This document shows positions 27,325 to 36,331 of a DNA stretch of 46,305 nt, in pieces. The notes under the pieces were generated by a model, which was given only the letters and a program-made list of their open reading frames with translations, did no database searches and was not told where the DNA came from. The position numbers were made by a program, and so were the translations under genes. This stretch comes from Gemmatimonadaceae bacterium (GTDB lineage Bacteria; Gemmatimonadota; Gemmatimonadetes; Gemmatimonadales; Gemmatimonadaceae): assembly GCA_034666285.1 (NCBI GenBank), contig JAXDME010000278.1, positions 1 through 46,305 on the forward strand. The letters are read 5' to 3'. Position 1 is the stretch's first letter, and the number at the start of each line of letters is the position of its first letter.

Positions 27325-28265
27325 TGGACATCGGGTTTATTGGTCTCGGGACCATGGGCTCTCGGATTGCCGCTAACCTGCTCAAGGCCGGCCATAAGGT
27401 TCGGGCGTGGAACCGGTCGCCCGGTGCTGTCGAAGCGCTCGCACGCGTGGGAGCGCAACCGGTGTCCACGGCCCGCGAAGCGTTCAGCGGCGATGCCGTG
27501 TTCTCCATACTCGCCGACGATGCCGCCGTCCACGAGGTCATCGACCCGCTACTCGATGGCGCGCCGAAGGGACTCGTGCACGTCAACATGGCAACGATCT
27601 CCGTTGCACTTGCTCGTGATCTTGCCAGACGCCACACGGAGCACGGATTGGCGTACGTCTCCGCTACGGTGTTCGGGCGTCCCGAGCTTGCGGCGGCTGC
27701 AAAGCTTACGATCGTCGCTGCCGGCGAAGCGGGTGCAATCGCCCGCGTACAGCCCCTTCTGGACGTGATCGGGCAACACACATGGCCCATGGGATCACAA
27801 CCCGAGCGCGCGAACGTCGTCAAGCTCGCCGGCAATTTCATGCTCGGCGCCGCGGTCGAAGGGATGAGTGAGGCAGCCGCGTTCGGGTCGCGTCACGGGA
27901 TCTCTCCAGCCGAGATCCTCGACGTGCTCACCAATGGCGTGTTCACTGCGCCGGCGTACCAGCTTTACGGCGCGGCAATCGCGAAAGAAAAATACGAGCC
28001 GCCGGGATTTCGGCTCGCGCTTACTCTCAAAGATCTTCGACTGGCACTGGCCGCCGCCGAAGAAGTCAGCGTGCCAATGCCATTAGCGGACGTCGTGCAC
28101 GAGAGTCTTCTCGACGCTGTTGCAAACGGCGACGGGGGACGGGATCTCGCCGTGCTGGCGAAAGTGTCGATGCGGCGGGCCGGCGAGATGGCATCCTCAG
28201 ATACCAGGCCCGTCCTCCGCGAACGGGCTGAGGGACCTTCCGCGGGAGAAGAGCAGCATGCCTGA
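27321..28265 (+). CDS. NAD(P)-dependent beta-hydroxyacid dehydrogenase (3-hydroxyisobutyrate/6PGD-like family)
   Basis: IGFIGLGTMG, WNRS, VKLAGN, KDLRLA. ATGA overlap with the kinase gene. Confidence 0.88.
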   Translation: MMDIGFIGLGTMGSRIAANLLKAGHKVRAWNRSPGAVEALARVGAQPVSTAREAFSGDAVFSILADDAAVHEVIDPLLDGAPKGLVHVNMATISVALARDLARRHTEHGLAYVSATVFGRPELAAAAKLTIVAAGEAGAIARVQPLLDVIGQHTWPMGSQPERANVVKLAGNFMLGAAVEGMSEAAAFGSRHGISPAEILDVLTNGVFTAPAYQLYGAAIAKEKYEPPGFRLALTLKDLRLALAAAEEVSVPMPLADVVHESLLDAVANGDGGRDLAVLAKVSMRRAGEMASSDTRPVLRERAEGPSAGEEQHA

Positions 28266-29220
28266 GAAGGCCATCGACGCCAGCACTCAATACCGTTCTT
28301 TGGGAAAGACCGGCGAACGGGTATCCCCGATAGGACTCGGAGGCTGGCACATCGGGCTGCCGCAGGTAGACGAGCAGCTTGGGTTTCGCATCGTCCGCAG
28401 CGCAATCGATCACGGCATCACGTTCATGGACAACTCGTGGGATTACAACGAGGGGAAGAGCGAGATCCGAATGGGCAGGGCCCTGCGCGACGGATACAGG
28501 GACAAGGCGTTTCTGATGACCAAGATCGACGGCCGCTCCAGGAAGGAGGCGACGCGACAGCTCGACGAATCGTTACGTCGTCTGCAGACGGATCGGATCG
28601 ATCTGGTGCAGCACCACGAAGTGATCCGCTTTGATGATCCACATAGAATCTTCGATACGGAAGGTGCCAACACGGCGCTGTCCGACGCGCGCAAGGCAGG
28701 AAAAATTCGATTCATCGGCTTCACCGGACACAAGGATCCGCGGATTCACCTCCACATGCTGGAAGTCGCAAAGGAGAACGGATTCTCCTTCGACACCGTT
28801 CAGATGCCTCTCAACGTCATGGATGCACATTACCGCAGCTTCGAGAAGCTCGTAGTCCCGGAGCTGGTGAAGCAGAACATCGGCGTGCTGGGCATGAAGA
28901 GCATGGGCAACGGAATCATTCTGAAATCCGGCACGGTGTCTCCGGTGGAATGTCTGCACTATGCGCTGAGTCTCCCAACATCCGTGGTCATCACTGGCTG
29001 CGACAGCACGGAGCTGGTGGACCAGGCACTGTATGCTGTCCACACTTTCCGCCCGCTGAGCGTTCCGCAAAGGGAAGCGCTGCTGGCAAAGACCCGCGCA
29101 GCTGCCTCGCGCGGGGAGTTCGAGCCGTTCAAGACGAGCTCTATCTTCGATTCGACCGCCAAACACCCGGACTGGCTTGGCGAAGAGCCTCAACGGCTTC
29201 GAGCCATGATGTCCGGCTAG
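28258..29220 (+). CDS. Aldo/keto reductase
   Basis: YRSLGKTG.RVSPIGLGG, DNSWDY, MTK, SLRRLQTDRIDLVQHH, GKIRFIG. Start ATG 28258. Confidence 0.9.
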   Translation: MPEKAIDASTQYRSLGKTGERVSPIGLGGWHIGLPQVDEQLGFRIVRSAIDHGITFMDNSWDYNEGKSEIRMGRALRDGYRDKAFLMTKIDGRSRKEATRQLDESLRRLQTDRIDLVQHHEVIRFDDPHRIFDTEGANTALSDARKAGKIRFIGFTGHKDPRIHLHMLEVAKENGFSFDTVQMPLNVMDAHYRSFEKLVVPELVKQNIGVLGMKSMGNGIILKSGTVSPVECLHYALSLPTSVVITGCDSTELVDQALYAVHTFRPLSVPQREALLAKTRAAASRGEFEPFKTSSIFDSTAKHPDWLGEEPQRLRAMMSG

Positions 29221-29222
29221 GA

Positions 29223-29495
29223 TCAGTATTCAGCGAACGCGTCGTCCGGGTAGCAATACAACCAACTCTCGCCGGACTCCGCCGACGCAATCACCGGATG
29301 TTTTGTCGCGCGCGCGTGTTTGCTCGCGTGCTTGTTCGGTGAAGAGTCGCAGCACAGCGTCTTGTCGCACTCCTGGCAGGTTCGCAGATGAACCCAGGTA
29401 GCGCCGATCTTGACGCACTCTTCACACTCGTGACGCTTGGCGGTTTTGACGGTTGTGATCCCGGCGATATGAGCACATGGGGCGTTAGGAGTCAT
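29223..29495 (-). CDS. Stand-alone UBP-type zinc finger protein
   Basis: CAH...CEEC...WVHLRTCQEC...CCDSSPNKHASKH...HP...WLYCYPDD. Confidence 0.88.
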   Translation of the reverse strand: MTPNAPCAHIAGITTVKTAKRHECEECVKIGATWVHLRTCQECDKTLCCDSSPNKHASKHARATKHPVIASAESGESWLYCYPDDAFAEY

Positions 29496-29560
29496 GATCA
29501 GTCAGAGTTGGTTGGATTTCCGCGTAACGATGGATTACTCGGATAGTTGGTCATCACAAT

Positions 29561-30340
29561 CTAGACCGAACCGCCGGTAGGACCGAAGCGCTCCGTCTTG
29601 ATGCGCGCAGGTTCGTGGCCAAGCTCGACCAGAGCCTGAGCGACGGATTCAACCAGAGGAGTCGGACCGCAGACGAATACCTGCGGCTTTTCTCTCGGCG
29701 GCCAGGCGACCTCTTCGAGCATGGCGCGATCGATTCGTCGCTTGAATCCGTTCCATCCTTCCGGCTGCTCGCGCGTCAGCGTATGCCTCACTTCGAGCGA
29801 CGTGTCTGCCTTCACCAGACGCGCCAGCTCGTCCCGATAAATCACTTCGTCCCATCCCCGCGACGAGTACAACAGCCGCGCTGGCACTCCATGCCTCTGC
29901 GCCTCGGGCGATCCGATCACGGCGTTGCGGTGGCGCAGCATCGCCATCAACGGGACGATTCCCGATCCTCCGGCAACGAGGAAGAGCGGCCCGCCAAGCG
30001 AGACGTCCCAGACGAAATACCCACCGATGGGACCTCGCAGCTCGAGTGTGTCTCCCGCACGAAGCTCCTCTGACAGGTAAGGAGAAACCTCTCCGTCCTC
30101 GAGCTGTTCCACTGTCAGCGATAACCGAGTCTCTTCCGGTGCGGACGCGATCGAATAACTGCGCTCTGCCTGGTAGCCATCCTCCGCGGTGAGTCGAACG
30201 TCTACGTGCTGTCCGGCACGATGCCCAGGCCAACCGGGCACATCCAGTACGAGCGTCCGTGTTCGTGGCGTTTCCGGGACCACGTCGAGAACTGTGGCGA
30301 GCCGCCAGGTAATTCTTGGCGTGGTGACATCCGGAATCAC
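29561..30340 (-). CDS. FNR-like ferredoxin reductase (FAD/NAD(P)-binding)
   Basis: RSYSIAS, GEVSPYL, RGPIGG, AGGSGIVP, VCGP, ERFG. The GTG start overlaps the upstream TGA. Confidence 0.88.
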   Translation of the reverse strand: MIPDVTTPRITWRLATVLDVVPETPRTRTLVLDVPGWPGHRAGQHVDVRLTAEDGYQAERSYSIASAPEETRLSLTVEQLEDGEVSPYLSEELRAGDTLELRGPIGGYFVWDVSLGGPLFLVAGGSGIVPLMAMLRHRNAVIGSPEAQRHGVPARLLYSSRGWDEVIYRDELARLVKADTSLEVRHTLTREQPEGWNGFKRRIDRAMLEEVAWPPREKPQVFVCGPTPLVESVAQALVELGHEPARIKTERFGPTGGSV

Positions 30341-30957
30341 TCGTCGCCGGCGTATCGCTGCTCGCGCCACGGATCACCATAGTTGTGGTAACCAAGCGAT
30401 TCCCAGAATCCGGGCGCATCGTTTTTCATCAGGCGCAGCTCACGCACCCACTTGGCGCTCTTCCAGAAATAGAGGTGCGGCACGAGCAGACGCGCAGGCC
30501 CGCCGTGCTCCGCCGGCAGCGGCGCGCCCTCGTACATGAACGCGATCCACGCTTTTCCCCCGGTCACATCGGCGAGCGGAAGATTCGTGGTGTAGCCACC
30601 GTCGCACGTGGCGAGCACGTACGGCGAAGGCTCGACTCCTTTCGCTGCGCCTTCCGAGAGAAGAGTATCGACCGAGATACCTTCCCAAACTGTTCCGAAC
30701 TTCGACCACTTGGTGACACAGTGGATGTCAGTGGTGGTGGTCTGACGTGGCAGCGCAATGAATTCGTCCCAGGTCCAGCGCGCAGTGCGACCGTCGGCTC
30801 CCTGGAGTGTGAATGTCCAGTCGGAGAGCGGTGAATGCGGCGTCGGCCCCGCTGAGAGAACCGGGAAGTCCCGCGTCTCGTACTGACCGGGCGGGAGACG
30901 CGCGGCCGTCGCGTCCGGTTGCCTTTTTCCTCGAAATCCCCGAGACACGGGTGGCAT
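30337..30957 (-). CDS. Sulfite-oxidase-like molybdopterin oxidoreductase (cytoplasmic)
   Basis: RLPPGQ, DIHCVTKWS (Mo-ligand Cys), GYTTNLPL, EHGGPARL, YFWKSAKW, GFWE..GYH. Confidence 0.9.
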   Translation of the reverse strand: MPPVSRGFRGKRQPDATAARLPPGQYETRDFPVLSAGPTPHSPLSDWTFTLQGADGRTARWTWDEFIALPRQTTTTDIHCVTKWSKFGTVWEGISVDTLLSEGAAKGVEPSPYVLATCDGGYTTNLPLADVTGGKAWIAFMYEGAPLPAEHGGPARLLVPHLYFWKSAKWVRELRLMKNDAPGFWESLGYHNYGDPWREQRYAGDE

Positions 30958-30960
30958 CGT

Positions 30961-32637
30961 CTATTCCTGCAGCGCCTGATGCACGAAGGAAATCGCTATC
31001 GAGCCCTCTCCAACCGCCGACGCAACTCGCTTGATATTGCCCGCGCGCACGTCGCCCACCGCGAATACTCCAGGTCGGCTCGTCTCGAGTAGATGCGGTT
31101 GTCTGGCGAGCGGCCACTTCGCGTCGGTCAGATCTTCACGAGAAAGATCGGGACCGGTCTTGATGAATCCCTGCGGGTCGAGCGTCACACAACCCCTGAG
31201 CCAGTCCGTGGTCGGCGCCGCGCCGGTCATGACGAACACGTGCTGGATGTCGCGAGTCTCCGCCGGACTGTGATCCGTTCGCCACTGAACACGCTCGAGA
31301 TGACCATTGCCCTCGAGTGCCGTGATCTCGGTGCAGGTTCGGAGGGCGATCGCCGGATTCTCTTCGATGCGGCGGATCAGGTACCGCGACATCGTGTCCG
31401 CCAGACTCTTCGATCTGATCAGCATGTGCACCATCTTAGCCGTCTGCGAGAGAAACACGGCCGCCTGCCCGGCGGAATTGCCTCCGCCAACTACTATTAC
31501 TTCTTCGCCCTCGCACAGCTGCGACTCGATGAACGTCGCGCCGTAGTAAATGCCGGCTCCCTCGAAGCGCGTGATGTTCTCGAGCGGAAGCTTTCGGTAT
31601 TCCGCGCCCGTGGCGATGACCACTGTTCGCGCCGGTACGCGCGGTCCGTTATCGATCTCGATCGTGTAGGCCTTTCGCGTACAATCAAGGCGAGTCGCAC
31701 CCTCGGAGATCACCACCTCGGCGCCGAATTTCTGCGCCTGCGTGTAGGCGCGAGACGTCAGCTCCTGACCCGAAATACCCGATGGAAAGCCGAGGTAGTT
31801 CTCGATCCTGGAGCTCGATCCGGCCTGTCCGCCTGGGGCGTTCGATTCGAGAACGAGGACATCCAGTCCTTCTGAGGCGGCGTAGACAGCGGCCGCTAGT
31901 CCCGAGGGTCCCGCGCCAACGATGACCACGTCGCGGACATGTGTCTGGTCGATCGAATCGTTGAAGCCGAGGCAGTCGGCGATTTCGCGATTGGTCGGAT
32001 TGCGAAGGACAGTTCGGCCACGACAGATCAGGACCGGAATCTCCTCGATGGTAAACTGGAAGCGATCGAGGAGTTGTTGAACGTCGCCATCCGTGTCCGG
32101 GTCGATGGATGCGTAAGGATGTGCGTTCCGCGTCAGGAATTCCTTGATGCGAAGAGTGTCGGACGAGTGATTCGAGCCGACCAGCACGACGTCGCCGTAT
32201 CCACCGGCGATCAGCTGTGCTCGGCGAAGAAGAAAAGCGCGCACGAAGATCTCGCTTAATTCCGCGTCCGTCTGGACGAGTGCCAGAAGCTGTTCGCGGT
32301 CCACTTCGATCACTTCGCCAGGCTCCCCGACGCGGAGGGTGACGAGAGCGCGGCGACCCGAGAGCATCGTGACCTCACCGGTGAACTGGCCAGGTCGAAT
32401 GGTGACGACTGTTTCCTCTCCGTCACCCGTCACGCGGATTGCTTCGATAGTCCCCGCGATTACGACAAAGAAGGTTGGAGTCGGCTTTCCCGCTGCAGCA
32501 AGTATTTCGGCGCGCTCGATGTGCCGCCGTCGACCGTGCGACGCGACACGCTCGATCTGCTCTGGGGTGAGTCCTGGAAAAGTCTGATCGACCTCCACTA
32601 CAGGTCGAGACGGAGCCGCGGCGATGGGCGTCGTCAT
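30961..32637 (-). CDS. cNMP-binding domain + thioredoxin-reductase-like FAD oxidoreductase
   Basis: N-terminal cNMP fold (GQFTGE); VGAGPSG, GGQA..SSRIENYLGFP, VGGGNSAGQ, FAVGDVR...KRVASAVGEG. Confidence 0.9.
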   Translation of the reverse strand: MTTPIAAAPSRPVVEVDQTFPGLTPEQIERVASHGRRRHIERAEILAAAGKPTPTFFVVIAGTIEAIRVTGDGEETVVTIRPGQFTGEVTMLSGRRALVTLRVGEPGEVIEVDREQLLALVQTDAELSEIFVRAFLLRRAQLIAGGYGDVVLVGSNHSSDTLRIKEFLTRNAHPYASIDPDTDGDVQQLLDRFQFTIEEIPVLICRGRTVLRNPTNREIADCLGFNDSIDQTHVRDVVIVGAGPSGLAAAVYAASEGLDVLVLESNAPGGQAGSSSRIENYLGFPSGISGQELTSRAYTQAQKFGAEVVISEGATRLDCTRKAYTIEIDNGPRVPARTVVIATGAEYRKLPLENITRFEGAGIYYGATFIESQLCEGEEVIVVGGGNSAGQAAVFLSQTAKMVHMLIRSKSLADTMSRYLIRRIEENPAIALRTCTEITALEGNGHLERVQWRTDHSPAETRDIQHVFVMTGAAPTTDWLRGCVTLDPQGFIKTGPDLSREDLTDAKWPLARQPHLLETSRPGVFAVGDVRAGNIKRVASAVGEGSIAISFVHQALQE

Positions 32638-32661
32638 GGCACCATTCGGAAACGAATCGGA

Positions 32662-33564
32662 TTACGCACGAATGTCTGGGCTGGTCGGGGCCTGTGAGGG
32701 CCTGTCGGGCACGAACGCCGCCTTCACATCGTCGAGAGTGACTTGCCCACGCGCGTGCACGTTCGCCCACTGGATCGCGAAATCCGCAACTTCTTCCCAT
32801 CCCTTCTGACCGACGGTGTGATGTGTGCGGTTCGGAAACTCTCTGTAGTCGGTGACGGCGGAAGAGCTCTTGATGTACTTGCGGACGTTTGCCTTGTTGA
32901 TCGCCGGCGGAGCGAGATGGTCGTTGCTTCCGGCGATGAACAGTAGAGGAGCACGATTACCCTTGTGATAGTCTACTTTGGAGGAACCGTTTGGGTTCAG
33001 CAGCGCCAGCGCGGCGTCCCAGAGGATGCTGTTCGCGGCCGGGATCGAGTATCGATCATAGACTTTCTTCGATTCGGCCGCGTTGAGCTCGTTCGTGAAA
33101 GCGTAGTTGAATTGCGTCGGACTCAACGAAGTCGTGCGACCGTAGCTGAACGGATTGCCAAGGATGGGAAGAGTCGCCCGGATTGTCGCGAAGGGCAGCA
33201 CCGGCACCCCCGCGGTCTGAGCGGAGTCCACGAGAATTCCGGCCGAGCCGAGCCCGCGATCGATCAGCATCTGCGTGATCAGGCCACCGAACGAATGACC
33301 GATGATTATCGGCGGAGTATCGAGCTTGCGAATGATGCGATCGTAGTGGTCGACGACTGTTTTGAGCTTGAGACGTCTGAGTGGTGACGGATCCTTGCGA
33401 ATTGCTTCGACTTCTCCCTCGAGACCAGGCCAGGACGGAGCGATGACGATATAACCAGCTTTCTGATAGCGGTCGATCCATCCTTCCCAGCTTCGTGGGG
33501 TGAGCCAGAGTCCGTGAATCAGAACGATGGTGGGCTTGCCCGCGGTTGCTCCGTTCGAGCTCAT
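32662..33564 (-). CDS. Alpha/beta hydrolase
   Basis: IHGLW, nucleophile GHSFG, GSND, RTHH. AGGAGA RBS before ATG 33564. Confidence 0.88.
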   Translation of the reverse strand: MSSNGATAGKPTIVLIHGLWLTPRSWEGWIDRYQKAGYIVIAPSWPGLEGEVEAIRKDPSPLRRLKLKTVVDHYDRIIRKLDTPPIIIGHSFGGLITQMLIDRGLGSAGILVDSAQTAGVPVLPFATIRATLPILGNPFSYGRTTSLSPTQFNYAFTNELNAAESKKVYDRYSIPAANSILWDAALALLNPNGSSKVDYHKGNRAPLLFIAGSNDHLAPPAINKANVRKYIKSSSAVTDYREFPNRTHHTVGQKGWEEVADFAIQWANVHARGQVTLDDVKAAFVPDRPSQAPTSPDIRA

Positions 33565-33650
33565 TGGTTCTCCTTGTGGTCCCGAGATCACGATGCCGAC
33601 AAACAAGTGATAGTGCCAGCCCCGATTGTGTGGCCCTTCCGGACAACCAT

Positions 33651-34598
33651 TTGAATCTGAGTCTCTGGCCGTGGGTGCTCTTTGGATTTCTGGTACTCTC
33701 GGCGCTCGCGCTCGACCTGGGACTCTTCCACTCCCATCGCACGCCGCGGCGGGAGCTCACTCTTCGGCAGTCCGCGGCGAGGACTATCGCCTGGGTCGCG
33801 CTTTCATTCGTGTTCGGCCTGGTTGTCCTGGCGTTGTACGGCGAGCACGCGGCGGTCACCTACCTCACGGCGTACCTGCTGGAGCAGTCGCTCTCGATCG
33901 ACAACGTCTTCGTCTTCCTGCTGATCTTCTCCGAGTTGCGCGTACCACCGGCTCAGCAGCGAGGGGTGCTCCTGTGGGGTGTCATCGGCGCCCTCCTTAT
34001 GCGCGGGCTGCTCATAGCTGCGGGACTGTTTCTGCTCAACCAGTTCCACTGGGTGGTATACCCTTTTGCCGCGCTCATCATTTTCGCAGCCTTCAGGCTT
34101 CTGTTCGGAGGGGAGAAACAGCGCGAGGTGGTAACCGCGGCGTGCGGCATCTGCACTACCTGGGTCGCGCGCATTATCCCCATCACTCCTCAGTACCATG
34201 GCACCCGCTTCTGGGTGCGCCAGGCTGAGCAAGGCGGACGGATCGTTGCAACTCCGCTTCTCGTAGCATTGATCATCGTCGAGACTACAGATATCGTCTT
34301 CGCACTCGACTCGGTTCCCGCTGTTCTTGCAGTTACGCGAGAGCCGTTCATCGTCTACACCTCTAACATCTTCGCCATGCTCGGCCTCCGCTCGCTCTAC
34401 TTCGTTCTGGCGGGAGTCGTCGGGCGATTCCGGTTTCTGCGTGTTGGACTCGCTGCGATTCTGATCTTTTTCGGCGCGAGGCTTTTGCTTGGAGACTTCA
34501 TCGATATCCCGAACGGACTCTCGCTGGGCGTAATTGCCATCGCGCTCGCACTCTCTGTCGTTGCGTCTCTCAAATGGCCAACCGCCGCGCCCACATGA
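33651..34598 (+). CDS. TerC/Alx family membrane protein
   Basis: LALDLG, EQSLSIDNVFVF, ETTDIVFALDSVPA, SNIFAMLGLRSLYF. A TTG start at 33651 is assumed. Confidence 0.9.
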   Translation: MNLSLWPWVLFGFLVLSALALDLGLFHSHRTPRRELTLRQSAARTIAWVALSFVFGLVVLALYGEHAAVTYLTAYLLEQSLSIDNVFVFLLIFSELRVPPAQQRGVLLWGVIGALLMRGLLIAAGLFLLNQFHWVVYPFAALIIFAAFRLLFGGEKQREVVTAACGICTTWVARIIPITPQYHGTRFWVRQAEQGGRIVATPLLVALIIVETTDIVFALDSVPAVLAVTREPFIVYTSNIFAMLGLRSLYFVLAGVVGRFRFLRVGLAAILIFFGARLLLGDFIDIPNGLSLGVIAIALALSVVASLKWPTAAPT

Positions 34599-35164
34599 CG
34601 GGTCAGCGTCGCTGTTCCTGGGCGGAGGGTGACTCGCTGATGCGAGACTATCACGACGCGGAATGGGGCGTCCCGCAGCGCGATGCGCGCATGCTGTGGG
34701 AAATGCTGATGCTGGAAGGCTTCCAGGCCGGCTTGGCCTGGATCACCGTTCTCAAAAAACGAGAAGCTTTTCGCAAGGCGTTCGCCGGCTTCTACCCGAA
34801 TAAGGTCGCTCGATTTGGAAAGGCGGATATCAACCGCCTGATGGGTGATGCGGGGATCATCCGCGCCCGGGCCAAGATCGAAGCGACAATCAGGGGCGCT
34901 CAGATCTTCTGCGAGATGGAAGACAGGGGCGAGAGCTTCGCTGACTTCTGCTGGTCCTTTACTGACCACAAAGTGTTGAAGGGCAACGGTCGCACGGTGA
35001 CCACATCTACGCCGCTGTCCGAGAAGATCTCGCGCGAGATGAAACACCGCGGCTTCAAGTTCGTCGGCCCGACCATCGTCTACGCCTGGATGCAGGCTGT
35101 CGGCATTGTCAACGACCACTCGGCCAGCTGCTTCCGTCGTGCTCAGGTCGCGCGGAGGGAATAG
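34595..35164 (+). CDS. tag: DNA-3-methyladenine glycosylase I
   Basis: RCSWA, YHDAEWG, LEGFQAGLAWITVLKKR, GFKFVGPT, NDHSASC. Confidence 0.93.
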   Translation: MTGQRRCSWAEGDSLMRDYHDAEWGVPQRDARMLWEMLMLEGFQAGLAWITVLKKREAFRKAFAGFYPNKVARFGKADINRLMGDAGIIRARAKIEATIRGAQIFCEMEDRGESFADFCWSFTDHKVLKGNGRTVTTSTPLSEKISREMKHRGFKFVGPTIVYAWMQAVGIVNDHSASCFRRAQVARRE

Positions 35165-35201
35165 TCAGATTAAGATGAAAAGCACCTCTGGAGGAGTAAA
35201 A

Positions 35202-35753
35202 ATGACAGAGCCAGACCTCGATGGAAGAGCCGCAACAATCCTTCCCGCCGGCACCCCCGCCCCCGATTTCGCGCTGAATTCCGCGCCCGACAAAACGATT
35301 CGTCTGAGCGAGCTTCGCGGGCATCCAGTCATCCTCGTGTTCTATCCGGCCGACTGGAGTCCCGTTTGCGGCGACCAGGTAGCGCTCTACAACGAGATTC
35401 TCTCGGAATTTCGCGAGTACGGCGCCGAGCTAGTCGGGATATCGGTGGATAGCGCCTGGTGCCATGCTGCGTTCGCAAAGGACCGGAACCTCCGGTTCCC
35501 GCTCCTCGCCGACTTTGAGCCCAAGGGTGCTGTCGCGCGGTTGTACGGTGCGTACCGCCAGCGGGACGGCACTAGCGAGCGCGCTCTCTTCGTGCTCGAC
35601 GGCGACGGCATCATTCGGTGGAGCTACTGCTCGCCGATCGGTGTGAATCCCGGCGCCGATGGAATTCTGAACGCTCTCGAATCGATCGCCGGTAAGTCTT
35701 CTTCGACCAAGGCTGAATCCTTCCGTACGGATTCGACGGAGGTGCGCCCATGA
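35202..35753 (+). CDS. Peroxiredoxin / redoxin (AhpC-TSA, AhpE-like)
   Basis: APDF, FYPADWSPVC (PxxxSxxC), GISVDS, ERALF. GGAGGA RBS. Confidence 0.88.
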   Translation: MTEPDLDGRAATILPAGTPAPDFALNSAPDKTIRLSELRGHPVILVFYPADWSPVCGDQVALYNEILSEFREYGAELVGISVDSAWCHAAFAKDRNLRFPLLADFEPKGAVARLYGAYRQRDGTSERALFVLDGDGIIRWSYCSPIGVNPGADGILNALESIAGKSSSTKAESFRTDSTEVRP

Positions 35754-36331
35754 GCGACGGCAAGCTCACTCCACCCGTTAGCGACAAGGATCACGCCGTG
35801 GGTCCCGATGATGCTCCGATCACATTGGTCGAGTACGGTGATTACGAGTGCCCCTACTGCGGCATGGCACACCCGATTGTAAAGTCGGTGCAGCGTGCAT
35901 TAGGGGAACAGCTCCGTTTCGTCTTCCGCAATTTCCCGCTCGCCGAGGCACACCCGCATGCGCGGCTCGCGGCACAGGCAGCTGAAGCTGCTGGTGCGCA
36001 GGGGCGATTCTGGGAGATGCATGACATGCTGTTCGAAAATCAGACTGCGCTCGAGCCTGGAGATATCGTCGGCTACGCGAAATCCATCGGGCTCGACGTC
36101 ACCCGGTTCGAGCGGGATCTGGAAGCAGGGACATTCATGAAGAAAGTGCGCGACGATTTTCGAAACGGCGTCCGAAGCGGCGTAAACGGAACGCCGACTT
36201 TCTTTGTGAACGGAGAGCGCTACGACGGATCGTGGGCGAACGAGGAAGGATTCATTCGCGCGCTAAGGCTCCACAACGTCGATGACTCTGCCCGCGTTGA
36301 TCGGACCAGCGACAGTCTGACGTCGACCTGA
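35750..36331 (+). CDS. DsbA-like thioredoxin-fold protein (no signal peptide)
   Basis: EYGDYECPYC, FRNFPL..HPHA, GVNGTPTFFVNG. ATGA overlap. Confidence 0.9.
   Translation: MSDGKLTPPVSDKDHAVGPDDAPITLVEYGDYECPYCGMAHPIVKSVQRALGEQLRFVFRNFPLAEAHPHARLAAQAAEAAGAQGRFWEMHDMLFENQTALEPGDIVGYAKSIGLDVTRFERDLEAGTFMKKVRDDFRNGVRSGVNGTPTFFVNGERYDGSWANEEGFIRALRLHNVDDSARVDRTSDSLTST

Noticed and set aside
33565-33650. yybP-ykoY (Mn) riboswitch upstream of terC/alx
   Set aside because: Only 86 bp is shared with a divergent gene and I could not recognise the structure. An Rfam/Infernal scan would settle it.
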